Assembly (NCBI GenBank): GCA_025060455.1
Contig: JANXBY010000009.1
Location: 50,003-114,002, forward strand
Direction of reading: 5' to 3'
Length of the DNA: 64,000 nt
From: Armatimonadota bacterium
Lineage (GTDB): Bacteria > Sysuimicrobiota > Sysuimicrobiia > Sysuimicrobiales > Sysuimicrobiaceae
The notes beneath the pieces were generated by a model. It was not told where the DNA came from, ran no database searches, and saw nothing but the letters and a program-made list of their open reading frames with translations. Both the position numbers and the translations under genes were made by a program. Of the stretch, positions 21,791 through 30,677 are shown one piece after another (position 1 is the first letter of the stretch; every line of letters begins with the position of its first letter).

Positions 21791-23578
21791 TCAAGAAAAT
21801 TCGATTTTTTTGGTGAGGCTTTTGTCTTCAGCGGAGTTGTGTGCGGCCTGCGGGAGGAGGGGAAACGCGAAGGAGAACACGCTGCCCCGGCCCGGCTGGC
21901 TTTCCGCCCAGATGCGGCCCCCCTGCATCTCCACCAGGTGCTTGGCGATGGCCAGGCCCAACCCGGACCCACCGCTGGCGCGGGTACGCGACCGGTCCGC
22001 ACGGTAGAACCGCTCGAACACGTGCGGCAGGTCGTCCGGAGGGATCCCGCGGCCGGTGTCCTCCACCGACACCCACGCCTCCGGCCCGTGCCTCCGCACC
22101 CGCACGTGGATGCTACCGCCCTCCGGCGTGAACTTCAGGGCGTTGTCCACCAGGTTGGTCACCACCTGCTCCACGCGGTCGGGGTCCGCGGACACCACCG
22201 CGGGCTCGGCGGAGCATCCCAGCCGCACGCCCATCCGCTCCGCCCGTGGCTGCTGCCGGCCCACCACCGCGCGGCACAGCTCGGCTAGGTCTACGGGCTG
22301 CAGGCGGAAGGTGACGCCCTTGGACTCCAGCCGCGACAGCTCCAGCAGGTCGTCCACTAGCTTGGTCAGCCGGTTGGTCTCGGCCTCGATGATCTCCAAA
22401 AACCGGCGGCTGTTCTGCTCGTCCCGCAGCGCACCCGCCAGAAGGGTCTCCACAAACCCCTTGATGGAGGTCAGCGGGGTGCGCAGCTCGTGGGACACGT
22501 TGGCCACCAGCTCCCGCCGCAGCCGCTCCGACCGCCGGAGCTCGGTCACGTCCCGGACCACGGCCACCGCACCCGCGGGCTCGTGGTCCCCCCGGATGGG
22601 GCTGCACGTGACCTCCACCACCTTGCCCGCGGCCAGGTTCAGCTCCTCCGACTGGTCGTGCCCTCGGGCGGCTTGCTCCAGCAGCGCCACCAGGGCGGGA
22701 ACGCGCACCACCTCCCGCAGCGGGCGGCCCAGGGCGTCTGGAGGCACGCCGAGCAGCTCGGTGGCGGAGCGGTTGGCCAGCAGCACCTCTCCCCGCGGAC
22801 CTATGGCCACCACCGCGTCCTTCAGGCTCGATAGCACCGCCTCCAGGCGGTTGCGCTCCTCCCGGATGCGGTCGATGGTGTGGGCCAGCTGCTCCGCCAT
22901 GCGGTTGAAGGCTTCCGCCAGCCGTCCCACCTCGTCTGCGCCCCGCACCGGGACCTGCCGGCCGTACTCCCCACGGCTGATGGCCTGGGCGCCGCGCTCC
23001 AGCTCCCGCAAGGGGCGCGTTACCGACCGGGTGATCCGCAGCCCGAGGAAGGCCCCCACCGCCAGGGCGAGGGCTCCCGCGGCGGCGAAAGCCCACCAGA
23101 CCTGCTGCAGCTGGCGGTCCAGCCACAGCCGGGGTGCGGACACGTGCACCACCCCGAGCAGCCGGCTTCCCTCCAGCACAGGCGCGGCGGCGAAGATGCG
23201 GACCTCCTGCGTCCACTCGTCCCAACGCTGTGCGCTGGCCACCTGCCCCCGGGTGGCCTGCACCACCTCCGGCGGTGGCGGAGGCTGACCGGGCCCCAGG
23301 TGCGGCTTGACCCCTGAGGGGTCGCGCACGCCCACGTAGGCGCCCCGGCGCCACTCGTACGCCTTCGCGAGCTGTTCCACGGCGCGGAAGTCGCGGCGGG
23401 CCAGCAGGTGAGGCCGCAGGGCCTCCGCGATCAGCCGGGCCTGGGTTTCCAGGCTCAGGGTGTACGTCCGGGTGTACCGCTGCTCAATTTTCCGGATCGC
23501 GTAGGCACCCGCCGCCGCCAGGGCGAGCGCCACCACGACCACGTAGCTGGCCACCAGCCGGGCTTGCAGGCTCACCGG
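21791..23578 (-). CDS. Sensor histidine kinase (PhoR-like; TM-HAMP-PAS-HisKA-HATPase)
   Basis: H-box 'SHELRTPLTSIKGFVETL'; G-boxes 'DTGRGIP' and 'GGSGLGLAI'; 4-nt overlap with the response regulator gene; odd AT-rich 3' tail. Confidence 0.8.
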   Translation of the reverse strand, partial: PVSLQARLVASYVVVVALALAAAGAYAIRKIEQRYTRTYTLSLETQARLIAEALRPHLLARRDFRAVEQLAKAYEWRRGAYVGVRDPSGVKPHLGPGQPPPPPEVVQATRGQVASAQRWDEWTQEVRIFAAAPVLEGSRLLGVVHVSAPRLWLDRQLQQVWWAFAAAGALALAVGAFLGLRITRSVTRPLRELERGAQAISRGEYGRQVPVRGADEVGRLAEAFNRMAEQLAHTIDRIREERNRLEAVLSSLKDAVVAIGPRGEVLLANRSATELLGVPPDALGRPLREVVRVPALVALLEQAARGHDQSEELNLAAGKVVEVTCSPIRGDHEPAGAVAVVRDVTELRRSERLRRELVANVSHELRTPLTSIKGFVETLLAGALRDEQNSRRFLEIIEAETNRLTKLVDDLLELSRLESKGVTFRLQPVDLAELCRAVVGRQQPRAERMGVRLGCSAEPAVVSADPDRVEQVVTNLVDNALKFTPEGGSIHVRVRRHGPEAWVSVEDTGRGIPPDDLPHVFERFYRADRSRTRASGGSGLGLAIAKHLVEMQGGRIWAESQPGRGSVFSFAFPLLPQAAHNSAEDKSLTKKIEFS

Positions 23579-24300
23579 TTGCCGGGCCTCCGGACTGCGC
23601 GTCCGCCCTCGGGCACCTTGAACTTGTACCCCACGCCCCGCACGGTGACGATGTAGGTGGGCGAGGAGGGATCGTCCTCGATCTTGTCCCGCAGCCGGCT
23701 GATGTGCATGTCCACGGTGCGGGTGCCCCCGAAGTAGTCGTAGCCCCACACGTGTTCCAGCAGCGCGTCCCGGGTGAACACGCGGTTCGGGTGTGCCATC
23801 AACAGCCGCAGCAGGTCGAACTCCTTCGTGGTGAGGTCCACGGGCCGGCCGGCCAGGAACACCTCCCGGGTGTTGGGGTCCAGCACTAGGTCTCCTGCCA
23901 CCAGCTGCGGCTGCGCCACCCCCGCCGCGGAGACCGGCCGGGCCCGCCGCAGGATGGCGCGCACGCGGGCCACCAGCTCCCGGGGGCTGAAGGGCTTGGT
24001 GACGTAGTCGTCCGCGCCGGTCTCCAGCCCCAGCACCCGGTCCAGCTCGCCGTCCTTGGCGGTGAGGACCAGGATGGGGACCGTGCTCTCCCGGCGGAGG
24101 GTCCGACACACTTCCAGACCGTCCACGTACGGGAGCATGAGGTCCAGCACGATCAGGTCAGGCCGCTCCCGGCGCGCGCGCTGGAGGGCCTCGTGGCCGT
24201 CGTAGGCCACGCTCACCTGGAAGCCCTCCCGTTCCAGGTTGTACCGGACGAGCTCCACGATGTGGGGCTCGTCGTCCACCACCAACACCCGCTGCGGCAA
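23572..24300 (-). CDS. OmpR/PhoB-family response regulator
   Basis: Receiver 'VLVVDDEPHIVEL...DLIVLDLMLP'; winged-helix 'LTTKEFDLLRLLMAHPNRVFTRDALLEHVWG'. Confidence 0.9.
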   Translation of the reverse strand: MPQRVLVVDDEPHIVELVRYNLEREGFQVSVAYDGHEALQRARRERPDLIVLDLMLPYVDGLEVCRTLRRESTVPILVLTAKDGELDRVLGLETGADDYVTKPFSPRELVARVRAILRRARPVSAAGVAQPQLVAGDLVLDPNTREVFLAGRPVDLTTKEFDLLRLLMAHPNRVFTRDALLEHVWGYDYFGGTRTVDMHISRLRDKIEDDPSSPTYIVTVRGVGYKFKVPEGGRAVRRPGNR

Positions 24301-24371
24301 CCTTCACCCCGGGGGCCGTTCTGTGCCCCCACCCACCGTCCCCCGGCCGCGTCACGGGAAGGTAAAAAGCC

Positions 24372-25964
24372 TCAGGCGTCCGGGTCCGGGCCCGCGTGCT
24401 TCACCGAGGGCGGTACCTGCCCGGCGAACCGCTCGAAGTTCTGCGCGAACATCCGCGCCAGCTTGCGCGCCTGGTCGTCGTAGGCCCGGGGATCCGGCCA
24501 GGTGTTCCGCGGCACCAGCACGTCTTCGGGAACGCCCGGAACCCGCTCCGGGACCCGGAGGCGGAAACGGTGCTCCTCCCAGTACGGCACCCCTTCCAGG
24601 GCGCCCGAAAGCGCTGCCCGTACCATGGCGCGGGTGTACTGGATGGGAATGCGCTGGCCGACCCCGAACGGCCCTCTGGTCCAGCCGGTGTTGACCAGCC
24701 ACACCCGCACGCGGTGTCTGCGCAGCCGTTCCCCCAGCAGCTCCGCGTACCGCGCGGGCGGCAGCGGCAGGAAGGGGGCGCCGAAGCAAGCGCTGAAGGT
24801 GGCCTGAGGGTCCCGCACGCCCTTCTCCGTACCCGCCACCTTCGCCGTGTAGCCGGACAGGAAGTGGTAGAGGGCCTGGTCGGCATCCAGCCGCGCGATG
24901 GGAGGCAGGACGCCGAAGGCATCCGCGGTCAGGAACACCACGTCCGTGGGGTGGGGGGCACGCCCCTCGGGCACCACTTGCGACAGGTAGGTCAGCGGGT
25001 AGGCGGCCCGCGTGTTCTCCGTGATGCGGTCGTCGTGCAGATCCAGCTCCCGGGTGAGCGGGTCGACCACCACGTTCTCCAGTACCGTGGCGAACCGGCG
25101 GGTGGTGGCGTAGATCTCGGGTTCCGCTTCCGGCGACAGCCGTATCACCTTCGCATAGCACCCGCCTTCCAGATTGAAGATGCCGTCGTCGGCCCAGCCG
25201 TGCTCGTCGTCGCCCACCAGCCGCCGCTCGGGGTCGGTAGACAGGCTGGTCTTGCCCGTGCCCGAAAGCCCGAAGAACAGGGCACTTCCGCCGTCAGGGC
25301 CCACGTTGGCGGCACAGTGCATGGACGCCACGCCCCGCTGGGGCAGCAGGTAGTTCATCAGGGTGAACACCGACTTCTTGATCTCGCCCGCGTACAGGGT
25401 TCCCCCGATGAGGACCAACCCCTGGGTGAAGCTGAGGGCGATGAACGTCTCCGACCGGGTGCCGTGGCGGGCGGGGTGCGCCCGACAGCTGGGCAGGCAC
25501 AGCACCGTAAACGCAGGTGGCTGGACCGCCGGCTGGACACCTTCCGGCCTCCGAAAGAGGTGGCGGGTGAACAGGCTGTGCCAGGCGAGCTCGGTGATCA
25601 CCCGCACGGAAACTTGGTACCGCGGGTGGGCGCCCACGGCGACGTCCTGCACGTACAGGTCGCGGCTCGCCGCCCAGCGGAAGGCGTGGTCCCTCAGGGC
25701 GGCGAAGACTTCCGGTGCTATGGGCTGGTTCACGGGACCCCACCAGACGTGGTCGACCACCTCCGGGTCCTCGGCCACGAACTTGTCTTGGGGCGACCGG
25801 CCGGTGTGAGGGGCGGTGACCGCCACGAACACCCCGCCCTCGGCCAGCATCCCCTCCCGGCGCCGCACCGCGTGCTCCACCAGCTCGGGCACGGTGAGGT
25901 TCCAGTACACCGCCCCGTGGCCCGGAAACGGGAGCGGCGACGGTCGCGCGTCGGCCAGCTTCAT
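24372..25964 (-). CDS. pckA: Phosphoenolpyruvate carboxykinase (ATP)
   Basis: 'GLSGTGKTSLSTDPER' kinase-1a motif; 530 aa; N-terminal 'GRSPQDKF'. Confidence 0.9.
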   Translation of the reverse strand: MKLADARPSPLPFPGHGAVYWNLTVPELVEHAVRRREGMLAEGGVFVAVTAPHTGRSPQDKFVAEDPEVVDHVWWGPVNQPIAPEVFAALRDHAFRWAASRDLYVQDVAVGAHPRYQVSVRVITELAWHSLFTRHLFRRPEGVQPAVQPPAFTVLCLPSCRAHPARHGTRSETFIALSFTQGLVLIGGTLYAGEIKKSVFTLMNYLLPQRGVASMHCAANVGPDGGSALFFGLSGTGKTSLSTDPERRLVGDDEHGWADDGIFNLEGGCYAKVIRLSPEAEPEIYATTRRFATVLENVVVDPLTRELDLHDDRITENTRAAYPLTYLSQVVPEGRAPHPTDVVFLTADAFGVLPPIARLDADQALYHFLSGYTAKVAGTEKGVRDPQATFSACFGAPFLPLPPARYAELLGERLRRHRVRVWLVNTGWTRGPFGVGQRIPIQYTRAMVRAALSGALEGVPYWEEHRFRLRVPERVPGVPEDVLVPRNTWPDPRAYDDQARKLARMFAQNFERFAGQVPPSVKHAGPDPDA

Positions 25965-26399
25965 GGCTACCTCCGCCTAGGTCTACTTGCAGCATAGCAC
26001 GCGCCCGTCCCACAGGCGGTGGATGCGACTGCCAGGATGGGCTGTCTACCTGCCGAATCGCTCCGGGGTTGAATCCGAAGGCGGGGAGAGGGGATGGCGG
26101 CCATCCGGATTCGCATCCCGAATGTCCAGGCGGCCCCCTGGGGGCCGTCCCTCGGCCTGTCCCTTTTGCCGCGATCCCGCCCTTCCACGCTGGGGCAGCG
26201 TCGCAAACCTCTCAAAGATCCCCGTCTTACTCAGGTGGAGGCGCATCGCGATCGCTCCCCCGTTGTGACCGCGCGTTTCGTTACCTCTCCGGAGGGGTTT
26301 CGAGCTGGACGGGGAGTCAGTGGGCGGTGGCGCCCTGGCGCGCTGTGGTGGGCGCTGGGGCTTTCCCTACGGGCGGTAGCCTCGCTGGTGGCCCATCTG

Positions 26400-26720
26400 G
26401 GTTTTCCGTCTCCCGGCAGAGCGTGCGGCGGGACGTGCGGGCCCTGGCGCAGGCGGTGAAGCAGAGGGTTCCGGGCCCGTTCCGGGTGCTGGGGGTGGAT
26501 GGGGTGGCGGTGCGGGTGCGAGGGAAGTTTGTGATTCGGTTATCCGATTCCTGGTGACGGTATCCGTTGGATCGGAGGGTGGAGGACGTGCCGGCGACGG
26601 ACCATCGGACGGAGCAGGCCCTGGAGCGGCTTCGCCGGCGGCTGTGGGGGATGCGGAGGAGGACGGCGGAGGGGCTGGAGGCAGCCCTCTTTCTCGCTTG
26701 CGGGATGGTGGCGTGATGAA
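26400..26720 (+). mobile_element. Degenerate ISL3-family-like transposase remnant (frameshifted)
   Basis: Translated stretch 'FRVLGVDGVAVRVRGKFVIRLSD' resembles the ISL3 DDE-region motif 'LGIDEFALRKGHRYxTVVxD'; the frame breaks at 26557 and continues in another frame. Sits inside an 880-bp non-coding stretch with no inverted repeats identified. Confidence 0.3.
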
Positions 26721-26849
26721 GGAAAACTGCCAGGGAACCCCTCGTCTCCCCGAAATCACCCACCGCACAAGGGACAGCCACGCATAGCACAGGCCGCTGG
26801 ACGCCGGCTGCGGCCCAACCTATGATGGAAAGCGTCCGACACCCTGGAG

Positions 26850-27179
26850 GTGGTGCCGTTGAAAGCCTTCCTGGTCCTGGGCGCGGCGCTGTTGGTGGTG
26901 TTCGCGGACCTCATCCCCTCCTGCGAGTCGCAGCGCCGGGTGGTGTTGGGCTGGGTGGAGGACAAGTACGTGGAGCGCGAGGCAGGTACGCTGTACGTGA
27001 TCGTGGTGGATCGGGCCCCGTACTACGTGCCGTACCCCTTCTACCAGGAGGTGAAGGTGGGCGACAAGGTGCGCTACGACGGCCGGAAGTGGGAGATCGT
27101 CCGGCGGGCGGGGGAGCCCTCGCGCCTGATCCCCATCGAGCTGCTCCCACCGTCCCCCTCACCGTCTCCCTCTCCCTGA
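26850..27179 (+). CDS. Small hypothetical exported/anchored protein with a C-terminal (SP)n tail
   Basis: N-terminal hydrophobic helix; GGAGGTG RBS; ends 'PPSPSPSPSP'; just upstream of moeA. Confidence 0.45.
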   Translation: MVPLKAFLVLGAALLVVFADLIPSCESQRRVVLGWVEDKYVEREAGTLYVIVVDRAPYYVPYPFYQEVKVGDKVRYDGRKWEIVRRAGEPSRLIPIELLPPSPSPSPSP

Positions 27180-27209
27180 GCGGGGGTCCGGGAGCGAGGT
27201 GGGGTAGGG

Positions 27210-28445
27210 GTGAAGGCGTTCGCCGCGGTCGTCACCCTGGAAGAGGCCCTCGAACGGTACCTGGCCGCGCTATGGCCGCAGCCCCGGGGTGAGGAGACCG
27301 TGCCGCTGGAGCGAGCCCTGGATCGGGTGTGCGCCGCGGACATCCGGGCTGCGGAGGATCTGCCGCCCTTCCACCGTTCCACCGTGGACGGTTACGCGGT
27401 GCGGTCGCAGGACCTGCTGCATGCCTCCCCACGGGCTCCTGTGGCCCTGCAGCTGGTGGGGTCCGTGCAGATGGGCGAGGTGCCTGACCTGCGCGTGGAG
27501 CCTGGGCAGTGTGCTCGGGTCCCCACGGGGGGCGTGGTGCCCACGGGCGCCGACGCGGTGGTGATGCAGGAGCACACCCAGGCCGAAGGGCAGGCGGTGC
27601 ACGTCTTCCGGCCGGTCGCGCTCGGCGAGAACGTACTGCACCAGGGGGAGGATGCCCGTCGGGGAGAGGTGGTCATCCGCCGGGGGACCCGCCTCCGTCC
27701 GCAGGAGCTGGGTCTGCTGGCGGGGCTTGGGGTGGTCGACGTCCCGTGTTACCTGCCCCCGAGGGTCGCGGTGTTTTCCACGGGCGACGAGCTGGTCCCC
27801 CCCGACTGCCAGCCCCGGCCGGGGCAGGTCCGGGACATGAACGCCTACACCCTCACCGCCCAGGTGGCCAGGCTCGGTGGGGTGCCTCGTTTCGGAGGCA
27901 TCCTGCCCGACCAGGCGGCGGTGGTAGAGGCTGCCCTGCGGGACGCCATGCGGACCGCGGACGTGGTCCTGGCCTCCGGCGGTAGCTCCGTGGGTGTCTT
28001 AGACGTGCTGGGCGAGGTGGTGCCGCGGCTGGGACAGCCGGGCGTGGTGGTGCACGGGGTGGCCATCAAACCCGGCAAGCCCACGCTGCTGGCGGTGTGC
28101 GACGGGAAGGCGGTCGTGGGGCTGCCAGGCCATCCGGCGTCGGCCATGGTGGTGTTCGACCTGCTGGTGCGGCCCGTGCTGGAGGCCATGCTGGGGATAC
28201 GGCCGGACGCGCGCGGGCCGCGGACCGTGCCCGCCAACCTGGTGGCACCCCTGACAGCACCCCGCGACCGCGACGAGTTCGTGCGGGTGCGGCTGCGGTG
28301 GCAGGAAGACGTTCTGGCGGCCGAGCCGGTGCTTGGCAAGTCAGGCATGATCACCACTATGACCCGCGCGGATGGATACGTGCGGGTGCCGACGGGTACC
28401 CAGCTGGACGCGGGGACGTCGGTCGAGGTACGGCTGTTCGACTGA
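27210..28445 (+). CDS. moeA: Molybdopterin molybdotransferase MoeA
   Basis: MoeA N-terminal, MoCF-biosynthesis domain 'SGGSSVGVLD', and C-terminal domains; 411 aa. Confidence 0.85.
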   Translation: MKAFAAVVTLEEALERYLAALWPQPRGEETVPLERALDRVCAADIRAAEDLPPFHRSTVDGYAVRSQDLLHASPRAPVALQLVGSVQMGEVPDLRVEPGQCARVPTGGVVPTGADAVVMQEHTQAEGQAVHVFRPVALGENVLHQGEDARRGEVVIRRGTRLRPQELGLLAGLGVVDVPCYLPPRVAVFSTGDELVPPDCQPRPGQVRDMNAYTLTAQVARLGGVPRFGGILPDQAAVVEAALRDAMRTADVVLASGGSSVGVLDVLGEVVPRLGQPGVVVHGVAIKPGKPTLLAVCDGKAVVGLPGHPASAMVVFDLLVRPVLEAMLGIRPDARGPRTVPANLVAPLTAPRDRDEFVRVRLRWQEDVLAAEPVLGKSGMITTMTRADGYVRVPTGTQLDAGTSVEVRLFD

Positions 28446-28453
28446 GGGAGGTG

Positions 28454-28840
28454 GCCGTGCTCGTACTCAGACCCGACCACGACCTCGCGAGCCCGCCCGA
28501 GCGGCCGCAGGACTTCCAGGGGCAGGTGCTGATGCAGCCCCTGCGTAGGACCGAGCAGGCCGGTGCGGTGGAGGTGGTCGCGGTGTTCTTCCACAACGGG
28601 GCCCGCACCCGTCCGCACGTGCACAGCACCGACCAGGTCCTGGTGTTCGTGGAGGGGGAAGGGGTGGTGGCCACCGAGGCGGAACGGCGCGTGGTGGCCG
28701 CGGGAGAGGTGGTGTGGATCCCCGCGGGCACCTGGCACTGGCACGGGGCCAACAAAGGCCGCTCTTGTTGCCACCTGTCCATCAAGCCCCCCGGATCCAC
28801 GGACTGGGACCCTCCGCTGCGGGACTGGGAGCAGTGGTGA
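28454..28840 (+). CDS. Cupin-domain protein
   Basis: Cupin motifs 'PHVHSTDQVLVFVEGEG' and 'VVWIPAGTWHW'; sits between moeA and moaC. Confidence 0.6.
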   Translation, partial: AVLVLRPDHDLASPPERPQDFQGQVLMQPLRRTEQAGAVEVVAVFFHNGARTRPHVHSTDQVLVFVEGEGVVATEAERRVVAAGEVVWIPAGTWHWHGANKGRSCCHLSIKPPGSTDWDPPLRDWEQW

Positions 28841-29325
28841 ACGACCGGCTCACGCACCTGGACGAGGTGGGCCGGCCCCGCATGGTGGACGTGTCCGAAA
28901 AGGCGGAGACTCTGCGGGTGGCCACGGCCCGCGGGGAGGTCCGGATGCGGCAGCAGACCCTGGCCCGAATCCAGGCCGGGCAGGTGGCCAAGGGAGACGT
29001 GCTGGCCGCAGCGCAGCTGGCCGCGGTGCAGGGAGCCAAGCGGACCTGGGAGCTGGTCCCCTTGTGCCACCCGATTCCCGTCTCCGGGGTGGACGTGGCG
29101 TTCGAGCTACGGGACGAGCCGCCCGCGGTGGTGGTGCGGGTCACGGTGCGGGCGGTGGCGCGGACGGGCGTTGAGATGGAAGCGTTGTGTGCGGTGCTGG
29201 GCGCCTGCCTGTGCGTGTACGACATGTGCAAAGCGATGGACCGCGACATGACCATTACCGACGTCTACCTGGAGCACAAGGCCGGCGGGCGTTCCGGGGA
29301 GTACCGGAGGACGGGTGGCGGGTAG
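28837..29325 (+). CDS. moaC: Cyclic pyranopterin monophosphate synthase MoaC
   Basis: 'LTHLDEVGRPRMVDVSEK...VPLCHPIP...CVYDMCKA' MoaC signatures; 4-nt overlap with the cupin gene. Confidence 0.85.
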   Translation: MNDRLTHLDEVGRPRMVDVSEKAETLRVATARGEVRMRQQTLARIQAGQVAKGDVLAAAQLAAVQGAKRTWELVPLCHPIPVSGVDVAFELRDEPPAVVVRVTVRAVARTGVEMEALCAVLGACLCVYDMCKAMDRDMTITDVYLEHKAGGRSGEYRRTGGG

Positions 29326-29731
29326 GGAAGCCAACTACTGCTTCGTGTGCGGGCCCGACAACCCCGTCGGGCTGCGCCTTCGGTTCCAGCGGGACGGGGA
29401 CGCGGTGACCGCGGAGTTCGTTCCCCGCGAGGAGCACGTGGGGTGGCAGGGCGTGGTGCACGGCGGGATCCTCGCGGCGGTGCTGGACGACGCCATGGGC
29501 AATGTCTTCTACCTGCAGGGCTACCAGGCCCTCACCGCGCGCATGGAGGTCCGCTTCCGCAGGCCCGTGCGGCCCGGGGACCGGCTGCGGGTGCGCGCGT
29601 GGGTGGCGTCGGAGGACGGCCGCACCATCACCACCCGCGCGGAGCTGGTGCGGGACGGCGACGTGGTGTGCAGCGGGGAGGGAGTGTTCCTGCGGAGGAC
29701 CCTGCGGGAGGTGGACGGCGGTGCCCGCTGA
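29315..29731 (+). CDS. PaaI/hotdog-fold acyl-CoA thioesterase
   Basis: 'NPVGLRLRF...VVHGGILAAVLDDAMG' hotdog-thioesterase motif; GTG start overlapping the moaC stop. Confidence 0.7.
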   Translation: MAGREANYCFVCGPDNPVGLRLRFQRDGDAVTAEFVPREEHVGWQGVVHGGILAAVLDDAMGNVFYLQGYQALTARMEVRFRRPVRPGDRLRVRAWVASEDGRTITTRAELVRDGDVVCSGEGVFLRRTLREVDGGAR

Positions 29732-30197
29732 GGCGGAGCGTACGGTGGTCACCAACCGCCGGGCGCGCCACGACTACCACCTGGAGGAGACCTACGAAGC
29801 CGGGCTGCAGCTGCTGGGTAGCGAGGTAAAGAGCCTGCGGGCGGGCAGGGCTTCCCTGCAGGACGCGTACGCCAAAGTGCGGGGCGGTGAGGTGTGGCTG
29901 GTGAACATGCACATCGCACCCTACGAGCAGGCGGGTCCCTTCAACCACGACCCCCTGCGACCCCGCAAGCTCCTGCTGCACAGGGCGGAGATCCGCCGGC
30001 TGGTGGGCAAGGTGAAGGGGCGAGGGTACACCCTGATCCCCCTGCGGGTGTACTTCCGAAGAGGGCGGGCGAAGGTGGAGCTGGCCCTGGCCCGGGGCAA
30101 GAAGGAGTACGACCGGCGGGCGGACATCCGCAAGCGGGAGGCTGAGCGCCAGATCGCCCGGGCGCTGGCGGGCCGGCGGCGCCCGGCCCGGGCGTGA
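29721..30197 (+). CDS. smpB: SsrA-binding protein SmpB
   Basis: 'NRRARHDYHLEETYEAGLQLLGSEVKSLR...VNMHIAPYEQ' SmpB family; immediately upstream of the tmRNA. Confidence 0.85.
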   Translation: MPAEAERTVVTNRRARHDYHLEETYEAGLQLLGSEVKSLRAGRASLQDAYAKVRGGEVWLVNMHIAPYEQAGPFNHDPLRPRKLLLHRAEIRRLVGKVKGRGYTLIPLRVYFRRGRAKVELALARGKKEYDRRADIRKREAERQIARALAGRRRPARA

Positions 30198-30235
30198 TAG
30201 AATGAAGGCGGCCGAGTCGGCCGTTTTGACCTGTG

Positions 30236-30589
30236 GGGGCGAACGGTCTCGACTGGGCAGGAAGCAGCGGGGCTGCGCGCCGAGGTTGGTAGGGTCCTCG
30301 TAAAAGAACCTACCGACGCGGATAAGCGTCAACCAGCCTGTTCTCGCTGCCGCGGCCTAAGTCCGCGGCCGTCCTCCCGGGCCCTGCCGGCGGACCCGGA
30401 GGGGGCGTGAGCCGGCCGGCTGCACCCGGTTGCCGCGCTCCGGGCGGCCGGGCTAAGACACCAGGAGCTGGCGCCGGGCGATCCCGCCTGCGGGAGGGCT
30501 CGGTCGCGACAGCAAAGCGCAGGCTACGCGCGTAGACGCCTCGCCCTCACCTGTTCAGGACGCGGGTTCGATTCCCGCCGCCTCCACCA
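30236..30589 (+). ncRNA. ssrA: tmRNA (ssrA), about 354 nt
   Basis: 5' GGGGGCGAACGGTCTCGAC pairs with 3' ...CGCCTCCACCA (a G3:U70 pair gives alanine identity); T-arm GGGTTCGATTCCCGCC; internal tag ORF ends ...CCT GTT CTC GCT GCC GCG GCC TAA (…PVLAAAA-stop). Confidence 0.9.
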
Positions 30590-30640
30590 AACTGCCTTCC
30601 CCCCCACAGGAGGAAAACCCCGTCCGCCGCAGAAGAAGCT

Positions 30641-30655
30641 GTCTGACAGTCAGAC
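30641..30655 (+). promoter_or_regulatory. Perfect 7-1-7 palindrome GTCTGAC-A-GTCAGAC upstream of the TAXI-TRAP operon (candidate operator)
   Basis: Read directly; 22 nt upstream of the TAXI gene start; a GntR(FCD)-type regulator lies at the 3' end of the transporter genes. Confidence 0.35.
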
Positions 30656-30677
30656 CGTCGGAGAAAGGGGGAGTGCC

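Noticed and set aside
21550-22002. 150-aa minus-strand ORF spanning the HK/HD-GYP junction
   Set aside because: It is out of frame with both the HK C-terminus and the HD-GYP fragment and has low-complexity composition; treated as spurious.
26046-26330. Possible structured ncRNA (6S or RNase P RNA) in the lower-GC part of the long pckA upstream region
   Set aside because: No RNase P P4 signature (AGGAAAGTCCGG) or other recognisable conserved core was seen; the region is better explained as the pckA promoter plus a decayed IS remnant. It remains unverified without a covariance-model scan.
26850-27179. Possible CRISPR or tandem repeat suggested by PSPSPSPSP / 'ccctcaccgtctccctctccc'
   Set aside because: It is a short coding dipeptide repeat at a protein C-terminus, not a spaced direct-repeat array; no CRISPR-like repeat-spacer periodicity exists anywhere in the window.
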